Origin: an uncultured delta proteobacterium
GTDB taxonomy: Bacteria > Desulfobacterota > Binatia > Binatales > Binataceae
Direction of reading: 5' to 3'
Assembly (NCBI GenBank): GCA_963813785.1
Contig: CAWFAJ010000001.1
Span: 22,627 to 86,626, forward strand
Length of the DNA stretch: 64,000 nucleotides
Part shown: positions 46,429 through 54,612 of the stretch, piece after piece
Numbering within the stretch: the stretch's first letter is position 1
Layout: each line of letters opens with the position of its first letter
Translations under genes and position numbers: made by a program
Notes under the pieces: model-generated
What the model was told of the DNA's origin: nothing
Database searches by the model: none
The model's input: the letters and a program-made list of their open reading frames with translations, nothing else

Positions 46429-47115
46429 ATGGGCAGGCGTTACTTCACTCCGCGATTCTTCGAATTTTTCGAGGAACTGAGCCGCAACAACAATCGCGAC
46501 TGGTTTGCGGATAACAAGCCGCGCTACGAACGCGAGGTGCGCGAGCCGATGCTCGCATTCATCGCTGATTTCGGGCCGCGGCTGCGGAAGATCAGCACGC
46601 GCTACGTCGCCGATCCGCGCCCGACCGGCGGCTCGATGATGCGCATCTATCGCAATATCCGCTTCTCGCGCGACAAGACGCCGTATCATACCAACGCGGC
46701 CGCGGCGTTCAGTCATCGCGACGGCAAGCACTTCGACTCGCCGTCGTTCTATCTTTCACTCTCGCCCGCCGAGGCTTTCGCCGGCGTTGGCGTGTGGCAT
46801 CCGCAAGCGGATTCAGTCGCCAGGATTCGCGACGCGATTGTCGCGCACCCATCGAGGTGGAAGAGCGCGATCGACGATCGTAAATTCAAGTCGCGATTCG
46901 AATTGGCAGGCGACATGCTGTCGCGCCCGCCCAAGGGCTACGACGCCAGCCATCCGTTGATCGAGGATCTCAAGCGCAAGGATTTCATCGGCGGGACGGA
47001 GTTCACGCAGATGGAAGTCTGCTCGGCAGAGTTCATGGGTTTATTTTCCAGCGCGTGCGCGTCGGCCTCGCCGTTCATGAAGTTTCTGACCGAGGCACTG
47101 GGGCTTAAGTGGTGA
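46429..47115 (+). CDS. DUF2461 (TIGR02453) family protein
   Basis: 228 aa. FFEELSRNNNRDWFADNKPRYEREVREP, SMMRIYRNIRFSRDKTPY and PKGYDASHPLIEDLKRKDF are characteristic. Confidence 0.85.
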   Translation: MGRRYFTPRFFEFFEELSRNNNRDWFADNKPRYEREVREPMLAFIADFGPRLRKISTRYVADPRPTGGSMMRIYRNIRFSRDKTPYHTNAAAAFSHRDGKHFDSPSFYLSLSPAEAFAGVGVWHPQADSVARIRDAIVAHPSRWKSAIDDRKFKSRFELAGDMLSRPPKGYDASHPLIEDLKRKDFIGGTEFTQMEVCSAEFMGLFSSACASASPFMKFLTEALGLKW

Positions 47116-47165
47116 GCGCCCGTGGGCACGGGCGGCCGCGGCATGAAGGAAGAATCACCTGCGCG

Positions 47166-47285
47166 GTGGGCGGCAGGGGCTGCAGCCCCTGCACCCGCAG
47201 TGACAAGACGCGAAAATCTGCGCAGCGCATCTTTTCGCGACTAGCAGGGGTCGCCGCTGCCCGTTGTCGCGCGCGGCCCTGCGGA
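47166..47285. repeat. Mosaic REP/BIME-like repeat locus F
   Basis: GCAGGGGCTGCAGCCCCTGC, the GACGCGAAAATCTGCGCAGCGCATCTTTTCGCGACTA module, then GCAGGGGTCGCC..CCGTTGTCGCGCGCGGCC (reverse-oriented hairpin module). Confidence 0.8.
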
Positions 47286-47332
47286 TTGGCGACCGTCACG
47301 ATGATGGCCCTGACGCCGCGAGGTGACGGAAA

Positions 47333-47953
47333 ATGAGCGAAACGCGACAGCGCGGCGGCGCGCCAATCGAGTTCTGGTTCGACTTTGCTTCGGGCTATGC
47401 CTATTTCGCCGCGCTCGAAATCGAGGCGCTTGCCGAGCGCCACGGCCGGACAGTCGCGTGGCGGCCTTTTACGCTCGGCGCTGCGTTCAAAGTTACCGGC
47501 GCGCAAGGGCTGAGCCGCACGCCGCTCAAGCGCGAATATGCGCGCCGCGACTGGGATCGCCTCGCAAGGCTCAAGGGTGTCCCGTTCAGCCTGCCGGAAA
47601 ATCATCCAAGGACGGGATTGCCGGCGATCCGCGCCTTTTATCATCTCGAGCGAAAAGATGCGCATGCCGCCGCCGCCTTGGCAAAGCGCATCATCATCGG
47701 CTACTTCCAGAACGGCCTCGATACCGACGATCCCAACGCCATCGCCGCCGCGGCGGCCGCGCTCGGGATCGACCGCGATATGATGCTGGCGGGTATCGCC
47801 GATCCCGAGGTGAAGATCATTGCGCGCCAGCAAGGCGAGCAGGCGGTCGCCCGCGGGGTGTTCGGCTCGCCTTGGATCTTCGTCGACGGGGAGCCTTTTT
47901 GGGGCAGCGATCGGCTGCCGATGGTCGAGCGATGGCTCGAGGGCCCATGGTAG
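47333..47953 (+). CDS. 2-hydroxychromene-2-carboxylate isomerase family (DsbA-like fold) protein
   Basis: 206 aa. IEFWFDFASGYAYFA and GVFGSPWIFVDGEPFWGSDRL are hallmark motifs. Confidence 0.88.
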   Translation: MSETRQRGGAPIEFWFDFASGYAYFAALEIEALAERHGRTVAWRPFTLGAAFKVTGAQGLSRTPLKREYARRDWDRLARLKGVPFSLPENHPRTGLPAIRAFYHLERKDAHAAAALAKRIIIGYFQNGLDTDDPNAIAAAAAALGIDRDMMLAGIADPEVKIIARQQGEQAVARGVFGSPWIFVDGEPFWGSDRLPMVERWLEGPW

Positions 47954-47992
47954 GGGCGGTTACTTTTTCACAGACACCGTGGTGGTGGCGGA

Positions 47993-49126
47993 TCATTGAC
48001 GCGGGATGAAGCTGCCGTGCGGCTGGATCACATGCGGCTGCGGACCGGGAGTAAGCGTGGTCCAGGTGGTGCCGCCGTCGGTGGTTGACAGCAGGCCGCC
48101 GTCGCCCACTATGACCCAGCCCCGGGATGGGGTGGCAAAGCTGAGTTGACGAACTTGGAAGTAACCCGAGCGGTGTGACACGGGATCGACGGTCGCGCGC
48201 ACCCTCGCACCGGCGCTAAGAGCAGTGAGCGTGGGCGGGTGGGCCGAGACTCTACTGCCGGTGATCCAAGTGGAGTCGGCGACTGTGGATGGCAGCCTCT
48301 GCCCTGTGTTCTCCTCCTCCAAGTTTGCCAGTATCCGGTCGGGCTTCCAGGTTCGTCCGCCATCGTCGGTTGCGAACAGCACGGCGGCCGACTTGTTGCC
48401 GTATCCTCCCGAATAGGTCACCGCCACAAAGCCGTGCTTGTCGTCTTCGAATACAGGCAGGTCGGAAGTGGGATAAATCGCAGGATATATCTCTTTGGGA
48501 GCCGGCAACGAAACCGTTTGCCAAGTCTTCCCTCCGTCGCGGGTGACATGAAGTTCTTCGTCATTGAGGCCGCCGGCCATCCAACCTTCCTCAGGTGTGA
48601 CCAGAAGAATGGGGCCCTGCCCACCTGGCGCGTCGTGCGGTCGCTGCCAGGTTCGACCTCCATCCGAGGTCAAGAGTAACAAGCCAGAGTGAAAGGCCGA
48701 TGAACTCGCTACCTCCAAAACCATCCAGCCATGCTGGATCCATCGGCAAAAGCGATTCGACCCGCAGGGGCGAGATTCCTTCTACGGCTACGGTAACAGG
48801 TGTCACCGACCAAGTCGCGCCAGTGTCGCTGGTGGAGGCTAAATCGAATTTGGATTGTTCGCCATATTGGCCTTCACCATATTGCGGCGAACAGCACCCA
48901 GCCATGGCGAGCGTCGAGAAAGAAGATGTCGGCGATGTGCTCGCCGGAGCTAGGAGTTGGCGGGGTAATTTCTTTCCAGTTGGCGCCGTTATCGTTGGTC
49001 CAGTAGAGGCCGGCACCCCGCCCCGCCCACACCAGGAGCAAGCAGCTTCATTGCATCCCGCGCCCACGCGCCGGACGAAAGCGCGAGCATGGACGCGGCA
49101 AGCGTCAGGGTGCATGTGATTCTCAT
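47993..49126 (-). pseudogene. Secreted BNR/Ycf48-like beta-propeller protein broken by three frameshifts
   Basis: Signal peptide MRITCTLTLAASMLALSSGAWA from ATG 49126. The propeller blades then read in successive frames: GLYWTNDNGANWKEITPP...DARHGWVLFAA, then ...ASTSDTGATWSV..., then ORF 47993..48724 with TSDGGRTWQ, TRDGGKTWQ, TDDGGRTWK and TTDGGTTWT. Junctions near 49016-49027, 48875-48890 and 48734-48740. Confidence 0.65.
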
Positions 49127-49219
49127 GGCGAGCGGAAAACTAGTCCTATCCGCCCCGACCCGTCAAATGACACGGGCGGGCGGGCGTTCCGCTCGGCTTG
49201 ACGATCGTTATCGCTGCGC

Positions 49220-50497
49220 TTACAGGATGCGGCGGAGCTTCTGGCCCAGGCGGCCGAAGAATCCAGCGCGAGCGACGGCCGCTTTGGTTACGATGGGAAT
49301 CGCCGCCTGCGGCTTGCCGTCGAGCAGAACGGTGAGATTGCCGACCGGATCGGCGGGATGAACGGGAGCTTCCAGGTACCTTACCGAGGGCTCGAATTGG
49401 ACCGTGACCTTGCTCTCTTCGCCGCGCCCGAGGGTGAACACCGCGGCGCCCTGGGGCCCGATAGCGACAGTCTCGGCGACGCCGTCGCGCACCGGGATGG
49501 CAGCGGGGACAGCCTTGTTCAAATCGGGCCGGTAGCTGACGAAAGTGCGAAACGCCCAATCAATTAATTTCTCGGTTTCGGTGCGGCGCCGCTCCGCGCT
49601 CGGCGCGCCCATCACGGCCGACAGCAGATTCATGCCGTTCGATGAAGCCGATGCGACCAGGTGATAGCCGGCCTCGTCGACGTGGCCGGTCTTTATCCCG
49701 TTGACGCGCTTGTCGTAGAACAGCAGCGTGTTGAAGTTGGGCTGCTTGATCTTGTCGAACGCGAATTCCTTGGACGAGGTATAGTTGAGCGCCTCAGGAT
49801 GATGGCGCACGAGCGAGCGCGCAAGCGCCACCATGTCGGCAGCGGTGGTGAACTCGCCCGGCTCGGGTAAGCCGTCGGGGTTGTCGAAGTGAGTCTCGGT
49901 GAGCCCGATCTCTTTGGCCTTGTCGTTCATCATCCGGGTGAACGCGTCGGTGCTGCCGCCGAGGTATTCCGCGAGCGCCACCGCCGCGTCGTTGCCCGAC
50001 GATACCATCAGGCCATACAGGAGGTCGTTGACGCCGACCTTTTGTCCCACTTGGAGAAACATCCGCGAGACGGTGTCGTTCATCGAGAGCCGCCACGCCT
50101 TTTCGCTGATCGTGACGTCGGTGGCGGGGGCGATCTTGCCAGCCTTGAGCGCGTCGAGGGTCAGGTAGAAGGTCATGATCTTGGCGAGGCTGGCGGGTTG
50201 CATCTGCTGATGTTCGTTGAATGCGTAGAGCACCGCGCCGGTGTCGGCGTCGATCATCATGGCGGCCTTTGCGTCGAGGGCGAACGGCGCCGGGCGGTCG
50301 CCGAGCACGTGAATCGCGGTCAACGCAACCGCGGGCGCCTCTGATCCCGCGGCGGTGGCACGCTTCGATGCGGTTGGATGGCGATGAATTACCCTTGCAA
50401 AGGAGGGAGTGGAAGCCGTGGCCGCAATAGCGATCGCCGCAAACGCAATCGCCTTCGATATCGATTTTTCCCGCACGCCCGTCACCATCCGCCCCAA
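49220..50497 (-). CDS. D-alanyl-D-alanine carboxypeptidase (peptidase S11, PBP5/6-like)
   Basis: 425 aa. Signal peptide, SxxK (PASLAKIMT), SxN (VSSGNDAAVA) and KTG (GIKTGH) motifs. Confidence 0.9.
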   Translation of the reverse strand: MGRMVTGVREKSISKAIAFAAIAIAATASTPSFARVIHRHPTASKRATAAGSEAPAVALTAIHVLGDRPAPFALDAKAAMMIDADTGAVLYAFNEHQQMQPASLAKIMTFYLTLDALKAGKIAPATDVTISEKAWRLSMNDTVSRMFLQVGQKVGVNDLLYGLMVSSGNDAAVALAEYLGGSTDAFTRMMNDKAKEIGLTETHFDNPDGLPEPGEFTTAADMVALARSLVRHHPEALNYTSSKEFAFDKIKQPNFNTLLFYDKRVNGIKTGHVDEAGYHLVASASSNGMNLLSAVMGAPSAERRRTETEKLIDWAFRTFVSYRPDLNKAVPAAIPVRDGVAETVAIGPQGAAVFTLGRGEESKVTVQFEPSVRYLEAPVHPADPVGNLTVLLDGKPQAAIPIVTKAAVARAGFFGRLGQKLRRIL

Positions 50498-50625
50498 GAG
50501 ATTACACCGCGAGCGTCCGGCGCGCGACGATTGCGGGCAAGCCGGCCGGGATCGGGGACAGCGGTCATCGGAAATCGGGCGTATTCCCTTTTCATCGCTT
50601 CGAGCATAAAGGAAACTGAGCCCGA

Positions 50626-51936
50626 ATGGACATTTCCGTAATTTTGCCGGTCGTGAACGAGGCCGAAAACCTCAGCGCTTTGATCCCCAGGCTCATCGCG
50701 TTGCTCGACCGCGAGCGGCTTACCTACGAGATCGTGGTGGTGGATGGCGCGTCGAGCGACGGCACTCGTGAAACGGCGGAGGCGCTGGGCGCGAGAGTCT
50801 TCGCGGAACGGCGGCGCGGATACGCGGGCGCGCTGGAAACGGGGATTGCCGAGGCGCGCGGCGACTACGTGCTTACGCTGGACGCCGACCAGTCGCACGA
50901 TCCCGATTTCATCGTGAAGATGTGGCGGGCGCGAACCCGCGCTGACATCGTGGTGGCGTCGCGCTACGCGCTGGGCGGCGTCGCCTACTCGGGCTTCGTG
51001 CGCCGTTTTACCAGTTGGCTGCTGAACGCGACGCTGCGGCGGATGCTCTCGATGCCGGTGCGCGACATGTCCAGCGGATTTCGGCTGTACCGGCGCGAGG
51101 TGTTGGCGAGCCTTGAACTCACGGCCACGAATTTCGAGGTGCTGGAGGAAATACTGGTCAAGGCGTACGCCAGCGGATTCAGCATCGTCGAAGTTCCGTT
51201 CACATATTTTCCGCGCGGCGCGGGGCGCTCGCATGCGAAGCTGTTCAGCTTCGGATGGAAAATCCTGCGTGGTTCGCTGCCGCTGTGGAAAATCCGCAAC
51301 TCGCTCAAGTCCGCCGACTACGACGAACGCGCCTTCTACAGCTTGATTCCTCCGCAGCGCTACTGGCAACGCCGCCGCCATCGCATCACCGTGCTATGGG
51401 CGCGGGGCGCGGGCCGGGTGCTGGACGCGGGATGCGGTTCGAGCCTGATCGTGCAAAGCCTCAACAACGTGATCGGCATGGATTACAACTACGCCAAGCT
51501 GCGTTTTTTGCGCCGCTACGAAATTCCGCTGGTCAACGGCTCCGCCTTCGCGCTGCCGTTCAAGGACGGCTCGTTCGATTGCGTGATCAGTTCGCAGGTG
51601 ATCGAACATATTGCGTACGACGAGTCGATTTTCAGCGAGATGTGCCGGGTGCTGCGCAGCGGTGGCATGCTTATCCTCGGCACACCCGACTACGCGACGA
51701 TTGGATGGCGGATTATCGAACCGATCTACGGCTTCCTGATGCCCGGCGGATACAAGGACGAGCACATCACGCATTACACGCTGGAGCGGCTCAGGCAGAT
51801 CCTTGCCCGCCACGGAATCGTGATCGAGGAGACCGCCTACATCGTGCGCAGCGAGCTGATCCTCCGATGCCGCAAGGTCGAACTCGAAGATGGCGCGCGC
51901 ATCGACGTCACCGCGGCTGCCTCGACGGCGGCGTGA
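50626..51936 (+). CDS. Fusion protein: family-2 glycosyltransferase (Dpm1-like) plus class I SAM-dependent methyltransferase
   Basis: N-terminal half ISVILPVVNEAENL...VVVDGASSDGT...LTLDADQSHDP. C-terminal half VLDAGCGSS...FDCVISSQVIEHI...GGMLILGTPD. Confidence 0.85.
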   Translation: MDISVILPVVNEAENLSALIPRLIALLDRERLTYEIVVVDGASSDGTRETAEALGARVFAERRRGYAGALETGIAEARGDYVLTLDADQSHDPDFIVKMWRARTRADIVVASRYALGGVAYSGFVRRFTSWLLNATLRRMLSMPVRDMSSGFRLYRREVLASLELTATNFEVLEEILVKAYASGFSIVEVPFTYFPRGAGRSHAKLFSFGWKILRGSLPLWKIRNSLKSADYDERAFYSLIPPQRYWQRRRHRITVLWARGAGRVLDAGCGSSLIVQSLNNVIGMDYNYAKLRFLRRYEIPLVNGSAFALPFKDGSFDCVISSQVIEHIAYDESIFSEMCRVLRSGGMLILGTPDYATIGWRIIEPIYGFLMPGGYKDEHITHYTLERLRQILARHGIVIEETAYIVRSELILRCRKVELEDGARIDVTAAASTAA

Positions 51937-51957
51937 AATCCGGGAACGAATCCTGAG

Positions 51958-52395
51958 ATGGCAGAGCGTCGCATCGTGCGGCTTGCCAGGACCGGGGCGC
52001 TGGCTTTTTTCGTGGCGACGGCAATTTGCGCGACGTCGTGCTGGAGCAAGCGGCCGCAATCGGCGGGGATGAATCTGGCAAGCGTGCAGCTATCGCCGGC
52101 CGCAGCGGGCAGTTGCGAGATCGATGCGGTCAAGATGTGCGAGGTCACGGGAGGGCTTGCGGCGGCAGCGCCGTCGTCGCATCCAGCGACCACGGCGATG
52201 GCGAGTTCAGACGGACCGCCCAGCGCTCCCGAGTCAGTCGAATTTCAGATTCCTATGGGCCAGACAATCAAGCTGATGTGCTATTACGATCGGCAGCGCA
52301 ACGCGATCTATCGGGCCGATGCGGCGGCGCAATCCGCGCTGACCGCGAACTCGGTCGCGTACATGAAGCAGCGGGGATTCTGCGTCAGCAAGTAA
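51958..52395 (+). CDS. Hypothetical small exported/lipoprotein
   Basis: 145 aa. Hydrophobic N-terminus ALAFFVATAICATSC (lipobox-like) and several Cys. No family recognised. Confidence 0.4.
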   Translation: MAERRIVRLARTGALAFFVATAICATSCWSKRPQSAGMNLASVQLSPAAAGSCEIDAVKMCEVTGGLAAAAPSSHPATTAMASSDGPPSAPESVEFQIPMGQTIKLMCYYDRQRNAIYRADAAAQSALTANSVAYMKQRGFCVSK

Positions 52396-52433
52396 AGCGG
52401 GCGGCGATCGGCGCCGGCGCAAAGGAGATCGAA

Positions 52434-53249
52434 ATGCCAAAGATTCAAGTCGGCGAGGTGAGCCTCAACTACGACGTCGCCGGGAAAGGCGAGCCGATGC
52501 TGATGATCATGGGTCTCGGCGCCAGTTCAGCGGTGTGGGATCCCGAGCTGGTCGCCGAACTGGCGCGCAGGTTGCGCGTGATCACGTTCGACAATCGCGG
52601 CACCGGGCAGAGCGACAAGCCTGACGCGCCGTATTCGATCGAGATGTTTGCCGATGACGCGGCCGGGCTGCTCGGCAAGCTCGAAGTTCCGCGGGCGCAC
52701 ATCTTTGGCGTCTCGATGGGCGGGATGATCGCGCAAGAGTTCGCGCTGCGGCATCCGGGTCGAACGGCGACGCTCACGCTTGGATGCACGACGGCGGGTG
52801 GCGCGCGGGCGGTGCCGCCGCCGCTGGAATCGCTGAAAATTCTGACCGCGCCGCGCGAGGGTGTCGCGCCGGAGGAATTGGTTCGGCGCTCATGGCCGCT
52901 GACCTACACGCCAAAGTATATCGCGGAGAATCGGGCTCGGCTCGAAGCCGCGATTGCGCGCCTGCTCAAGCATCCGACGCCGCCGTTTGCGTTCCAACGC
53001 CAGCTCGAAGCGACCTACACGCTTAAAACTTTCGAGCGCCTGCCTCAAATCAAGGCGCCGACGCTGGTGGTGACCGGCGCCGACGACGTACTGATCCCGG
53101 CGAAGAACTCCGAGATAATCGCGGCGCAGATACCCGGCGCGAAACTACACATCATCGCGGGCGTGGGACACGCGTTCATGGACGAGGGCCGCGACGAATT
53201 CCTGAAAGTTTTTTTGCCGTTTGTAAAATCGCATCCGCAGCAGGGGTGA
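52434..53249 (+). CDS. Alpha/beta hydrolase
   Basis: Start at MPKIQVGEV, preceded by an AAAGGAG Shine-Dalgarno. GLGASS, nucleophile elbow GVSMGG and GVGHAF. The stop codon lies in the centre of a repeat palindrome. Confidence 0.88.
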   Translation: MPKIQVGEVSLNYDVAGKGEPMLMIMGLGASSAVWDPELVAELARRLRVITFDNRGTGQSDKPDAPYSIEMFADDAAGLLGKLEVPRAHIFGVSMGGMIAQEFALRHPGRTATLTLGCTTAGGARAVPPPLESLKILTAPREGVAPEELVRRSWPLTYTPKYIAENRARLEAAIARLLKHPTPPFAFQRQLEATYTLKTFERLPQIKAPTLVVTGADDVLIPAKNSEIIAAQIPGAKLHIIAGVGHAFMDEGRDEFLKVFLPFVKSHPQQG

Positions 53250-53545
53250 CCCCTGCACGCAGTATTAAGGCCGCGCTCCGTTGTCGCGCGCGGCCCCTGC
53301 CAACGGCTCAATACTGTGCTGCCGTCGCCACGGCCAGGGGCTGCGGTCCCTGCACCCGCAGTGAGAAGACACGAAAATCTGCGCAGCGCATCTTTTCGCG
53401 ACTACGCGATGGGCCGTTGGCACGGCTGGCCAGCGTTACGCTCGAGAGAAAAAGACGCGCCGCGCGGATTTTTCGATTCGTTACCGGGTGCAGGGGTCAC
53501 CCCTGCCCAGGGAGGTGCGGAACCCACGGTGGGTTCCGCATTCAA
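53240..53545. repeat. Mosaic REP/BIME-like repeat locus G (largest cluster, ~300 bp)
   Basis: In order: GCAGGGGTGACCCCTGC, reverse GGCCGCGC..GCGCGGCC hairpin unit, CCAACGG/CCGTCGCCACGG module, CCAGGGGCTGCGGTCCCTGC, CGAAAATCTGCGCAGCGCATCTTTTCGCG, GGCCGTTGGCACGGCTGGCCAG, GAAAAAGACGCGCCGCGCGGATTTTTC, GCAGGGGTCACCCCTGC, GCGGAACCCACGGTGGGTTCCGC. Confidence 0.85.
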
Positions 53546-53610
53546 TTGGGTGGTTGGAATGACGCGGGTGGTGCTTGCGCGATCCGTCGCGGGCAGCCTT
53601 AATCTCTTAC

Positions 53611-54234
53611 GTGCCCTCGTTTTACGACTTCGCAATCGTATGCCAGTCGCTCGGCCAGACGCAGAGCCGGCTTCAGATGGCCGAGACCGTCGGCACATTT
53701 CTGGCCAAACTCGATATCGATGAAGCGGAAATCGCGGCGCGATTCATGGCCGGCCGCGCGGTCGTGCTGGGCGGTGAGAAGCGCACCAAAATCAGCGGCC
53801 GCGCAATCTGGAAAATCGTCGCGGAGATGACCGACAGTGCAGACCAGGGCGAAGACATCTTCGCCGCCGCCGAGGACTTCGGCGACGCGATCGAGATGAC
53901 GCTCAAGCTTCGCGCCGCCGATCCAGAACCCACGCTTACGATTCGTGAGCTTAACGAAAAATTCGCCGAGATCGCCGCTATCGAGGGGCGCCATGCACGC
54001 CGGCGCAAGCTCGAGGCGCTGCGCGAGCTGTTCGCGCGCGCATCGGCATTCGAAGCCAGATACATCGCGAAGATTCTGATCGGGGAGATGCGCCACGGGA
54101 TGAGCGAAGCGCTGATGCTCGAGGCGATCGCCAGGATGAGCGCGCGACCGGTCAGCGAAGTTCGGCGGATTCACATGCGGGAGGCCGACCTCGGCCGGGT
54201 GGTGCGAATCGTCCGGAGTGACACGGCGTCGTGA
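53611..54234 (+). CDS. ATP-dependent DNA ligase N-terminal DNA-binding domain only (truncated gene or remnant)
   Basis: From GTG 53611: VPSFYDFAIVCQSLGQTQSRLQMAETVGTFL...LTIRELNEKFAEIAAIEGRHARRRKLEALRELFARASAFEARYIAKILIGEMRHGMSEALMLEAIA...ADLGRVV matches the LigB/Lig1-type DBD. The ORF stops before any adenylation (KxDG) domain, and only 74 nt separate it from the next gene. Confidence 0.7.
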   Translation: MPSFYDFAIVCQSLGQTQSRLQMAETVGTFLAKLDIDEAEIAARFMAGRAVVLGGEKRTKISGRAIWKIVAEMTDSADQGEDIFAAAEDFGDAIEMTLKLRAADPEPTLTIRELNEKFAEIAAIEGRHARRRKLEALRELFARASAFEARYIAKILIGEMRHGMSEALMLEAIARMSARPVSEVRRIHMREADLGRVVRIVRSDTAS

Positions 54235-54308
54235 GCGTTGGCCGCGGGGCCGTCGTCGAGGCTGCGTACAATGAAATATGGCGTTGCGCTGATGCAGCGC
54301 GCCGTGAA

Positions 54309-54536
54309 TCAGTGATGATGATGCTGGACGTGGCTGGGCTCGTGCGCGTTGCTCAGCGCCATCCCGATAGCTTCCATTTCTGATTGGCCGAAATCCTCGA
54401 GCACAAACGCCTCGCGGCCGGCGTCGGTTTCGACTCGCTCGTAAAGATCGCAGCACCACCAATCGGGACACAATTGGCGCGTCCGGATGACGAAGACATT
54501 GCCGCAAACCACTTCAACCCGTTCCATAAAAGCCAC
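54309..54536 (-). CDS. Hypothetical small Cys-rich protein with natural C-terminal His4
   Basis: 75 aa (GTG start). CGNVF...CPDWWCC...HVQHHHH. No recognised family. Confidence 0.4.
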   Translation of the reverse strand: MAFMERVEVVCGNVFVIRTRQLCPDWWCCDLYERVETDAGREAFVLEDFGQSEMEAIGMALSNAHEPSHVQHHHH

Positions 54537-54585
54537 CGTCCTGACTTGGAATGGCCGCAGGCGCCGGGATTCTTACGTGAAATAT

Positions 54586-54612
54586 TTAGCATAATTGCGT
54601 CAGTAATGCTAA
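54586..54612. promoter_or_regulatory. 27-nt palindrome with CIRCE-like geometry
   Basis: TTAGCATAA-TTGCGTCAG-TAATGCTAA has the outer arms TTAGCA/TGCTAA and the 9+9+9 spacing of CIRCE (TTAGCACTC-N9-GAGTGCTAA), but the inner triplets differ. It lies 50-76 nt upstream of the 54536 start in an AT-rich tract. Confidence 0.3.

Noticed and set aside
53240-53545. Repeat clusters as a possible CRISPR array.
   Set aside because: There is no single direct repeat of constant length alternating with unique spacers of uniform size. The modules differ, occur in both orientations and are themselves palindromic hairpins. No cas genes are present.
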